Of a stretch of 64,000 nt of DNA, positions 61,790 through 64,000 are shown one piece after another. Positions within the stretch are counted from its first letter, which is position 1, and every line of letters begins with the position of its first letter. The stretch is from a bacterium (lineage in GTDB: Bacteria; UBA8248), in NCBI GenBank assembly GCA_965199855.1, contig OZ241326.1, forward strand, positions 352,001 through 416,000, written 5' to 3'. Under the pieces are notes generated by a model. That model did not search any database and was not told the DNA's origin. It was given only the letters and a program-made list of their open reading frames with translations. The position numbers and the translations under genes were made by a program.

Positions 61790-62200
61790 ATGACGCGGGA
61801 GAATACATTGGGCTTTCATCGCTGGCGGGACATTCCCGAGACCCCGCACCTCCGCAAGGGAACCATGCGCCGTGCGGCCGCGCTGGAGGGGCTGACGATG
61901 CAGCGCGGCGAGATGGCGCCCGACGCGGCCTTCGATGAGCGAACGATGCACCGCCACCCGGAGGATCAGTTCATCGTCGTGCTGGAGGGCAGACTGAGGA
62001 TGCGCGTCGGCGAGGAGGAGGAATGGCTGGAGCCCGGCGGCTTCGCGGCCATTCCGGGCGGCGCGTTCCACAGCGCGACGGGCGTGGGGCCCGAGGGGGC
62101 GGCATACATCGAGGTTCTCGCCTCGGGGCGCATCGACTATCTGCCGGGCTACGTGGGCGAGTCGAAAAACGAGTTCCTGCGCGAGCGGGAGCGCGGCTGA
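61790..62200 (+). CDS. Cupin domain protein
   Basis: MHRHPEDQ, IPGGAFHS. Confidence 0.8.
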   Translation: MTRENTLGFHRWRDIPETPHLRKGTMRRAAALEGLTMQRGEMAPDAAFDERTMHRHPEDQFIVVLEGRLRMRVGEEEEWLEPGGFAAIPGGAFHSATGVGPEGAAYIEVLASGRIDYLPGYVGESKNEFLRERERG

Positions 62201-62601
62201 TGGGGCGGGAGGCGGGGAGGATTTTCCTCGTTTGCGATGATTTGATGTTCTCCGCCGGCGTCCGGGAGGCGGCCGCCGCCGAGGGCGCCGCGCTGGAGAT
62301 CATCGACTCGGAGGAGAAGTTCGAGGAGGCGCTCGAAAGGCTTCGCCCGACGCTGTTCCTGGCGGACCTGCATCACCGGCGGCTGGGCGGCGAGGAGGCG
62401 GGCGAACTCGTCAGGAAACTGAGGGCGGACGAACGGACCAGGGACGCCTTCGCCGTCGCCTGGGGCAAGCACACCGAGCCCGGACTGCTCAGGTCGGCGG
62501 GGCGGGCGGGGTTCGACCGGGTGATGCCGCGCTCCCTGTTCGTGGAGGAAATGCCGGAAATCGTCCGGCGGGCGGCGGCGCGGACGCGGGCGGGCGCGTG
62601 A
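62200..62601 (+). CDS. Stand-alone atypical receiver-domain protein
   Basis: LVCDDLMF, FLADL, GFDRVMPRS (canonical KP absent); TGATG coupling. Confidence 0.7.
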   Translation: MGREAGRIFLVCDDLMFSAGVREAAAAEGAALEIIDSEEKFEEALERLRPTLFLADLHHRRLGGEEAGELVRKLRADERTRDAFAVAWGKHTEPGLLRSAGRAGFDRVMPRSLFVEEMPEIVRRAAARTRAGA

Positions 62602-62921
62602 CGCGAAGCCGGGAAGGGGAGAGGCCCAACCCCGAGCCGCGCGAGGGTTCTCTCGTCTGGTGGGCGCGCGTCCCGACCCCGGAGCAGAATTACCTCCAGG
62701 CCGTCCTGGAAGGCTACGACGATCTGGGATACTGCCAGACGTTCGGCTCCCGCGCCGGGAAAGGCGGGAGCGGCGAATCTGCCTCGCTCGTTCGGCTCAC
62801 GTCATCCGTCGACGCGGAGGCGCGGATGCGGGCGCTTCTCGAAGCTCTCTCCCGTGAAATCCATCTTGAACTGCCCGGCTCCGCGCCTTCGTTCGACGCC
62901 TCGGAGCAGCCTGAGCCGTAA
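62598..62921 (+). CDS. Small conserved protein (DUF4911-like)
   Basis: YLQAVLEGYDDLG..T motif. Confidence 0.6.
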   Translation: MTRSREGERPNPEPREGSLVWWARVPTPEQNYLQAVLEGYDDLGYCQTFGSRAGKGGSGESASLVRLTSSVDAEARMRALLEALSREIHLELPGSAPSFDASEQPEP

Positions 62922-62973
62922 GGGACGTCCGAACGGCGGGGCGCTCTCCCGCGCCGGCGCGGAAAAGAACAGA

Positions 62974-63807
62974 ATGCCGCATGATCGTTTCCCGCTTTCT
63001 TCGGTAGTTTCCGCGATCCTGCTGGTCCTGGGGCTTTGGGCGGACGCTCCCGCCGCGGAGCGCCTGAAGCTGGCGACCACGACGAGCACGGAGAACTCCG
63101 GCCTGCTCGATAGGCTGCATCCGGCGTTCGAGAGAAGGCGCGGCGTCCGCGTGCATGCGATAGCCGTGGGCACGGGAAAGGCGCTCAGGCTGGGGCGAAA
63201 CGGCGACGTGGACGTCGTGCTCGTTCACGCGAGGAAGGCGGAGGAGCTCTTCGTGGCGCGAGGCTACGGCGTCCGCAGAAGATCCGTCATGTATAACGAC
63301 TTCGTGATCGTGGGCCCGGCTTCGGACCCCGCCGGGGTGTCGGGCGTGTTCGACGCGGTCGAGGCTTTGCGCAGGATCAGGAATTCGGGAAGTCTCTGGT
63401 TCAGCCGGGGGGACGATTCCGGAACGCACAGGAAGGAGATGCAGCTGTGGGAGAAGGCCGGCGTCGGCGCGTTCGGCCCTTGGTATCGCGCCCTGGGCCA
63501 GGGAATGGGCAGGACGCTGATGGCGGCGGACGAGAAGGGCGCATACGCGATTACGGACAGGGGCACCTACATCGCCCTCGCCGCGAAGGGGAGAATTTCC
63601 CTCGAGATTCAGGGGCCGAGAGGAAAGCGCCTGCACAACCCCTACAGCGCGATCGCCGTGAACCCCGAGCGGCATCCGCACGTGAAGTTCGGCCTGGCGG
63701 TGAAATACATCGATTTTCTCACCTCCGCCGAGGGTCAGCGAATCATCCGCGATTTCCGGCTGATGGGGCGGCCCCTCTTCTATCCGGACGCGAAAGAGGC
63801 GCGCTGA
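62974..63807 (+). CDS. tupA: Tungstate ABC transporter substrate-binding protein
   Basis: LATTTSTENSGLL, VGTGKAL, SRGDDSGTH, DRGT. Confidence 0.93.
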   Translation: MPHDRFPLSSVVSAILLVLGLWADAPAAERLKLATTTSTENSGLLDRLHPAFERRRGVRVHAIAVGTGKALRLGRNGDVDVVLVHARKAEELFVARGYGVRRRSVMYNDFVIVGPASDPAGVSGVFDAVEALRRIRNSGSLWFSRGDDSGTHRKEMQLWEKAGVGAFGPWYRALGQGMGRTLMAADEKGAYAITDRGTYIALAAKGRISLEIQGPRGKRLHNPYSAIAVNPERHPHVKFGLAVKYIDFLTSAEGQRIIRDFRLMGRPLFYPDAKEAR

Positions 63808-63832
63808 GGGATTCTCCGGGAGGGCAGGCGTC

Positions 63833-64000
63833 TTGGAATATCTGCTCGAGGGGTTCGCCGATGGATTGATGCGGGCGCTCCAGGCGGACCCCCAGGTCAT
63901 GCGCGCCGCATGGGTCACCGTCAAGATAGGGTTCGCGGCCACGATTCTGGCGTCTTTCCTGGGCCTTCCCGCCGGCTTTTTGCTGGCGACGGCGCGCTTT
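63833..64000 (+). CDS. tupB: Tungstate ABC transporter permease, 5' part
   Basis: MEYLLEGF...ADPQV...ILASFLGLPAGFLLATARF directly after tupA; truncated by the window end. Confidence 0.8.
   Translation, partial: MEYLLEGFADGLMRALQADPQVMRAAWVTVKIGFAATILASFLGLPAGFLLATARF

Overview
High-GC bacterial chromosomal window that contains the replication origin. The core is yidC-yidD-rnpA-rpmH <- -> dnaA-[oriC]-recF-gyrB-gyrA; dnaN is absent from the window. A mosaic REP cluster follows, then mnmE-mnmG-[3 parS]-parA-parB-bactofilin; rsmG is absent. The rest is accessory metabolism rich in tandem paralogs: betaine-type SBPs x2, SDRs x2, crotonases x2, DinB-like x2 and four copies of an uncharacterised ~340-aa 'WSDGLPVVPPT' family. 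It also holds a Vsr-Dcm-PLD restriction cassette, an orphan adenine MTase, NAD genes (split nadE, nadA, nadC) and tupA/B. The most notable signals are four. (1) Two genes are split in the ORF track by in-frame UGA codons at catalytic-Cys positions, each followed by a SECIS-like hairpin: a UGSC-type UxxC protein and an Ogt with P-U-H-R-V. Both sit in one operon with crotonases, an atypical acyl-CoA dehydrogenase and a thiol dioxygenase, near the four-paralog array; this is a candidate uncharacterised selenium-dependent system. (2) A soluble fusion of a FliG torque domain with two TM-less MotA-like segments lies behind yidC. (3) A tandem SBP pair is identical except for one divergent block. (4) A promoter-hairpin-terminator unit divergent from nadA looks like an sRNA or attenuator. 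All family calls come from motif recognition by eye; no searches were run and taxonomy cannot be fixed.
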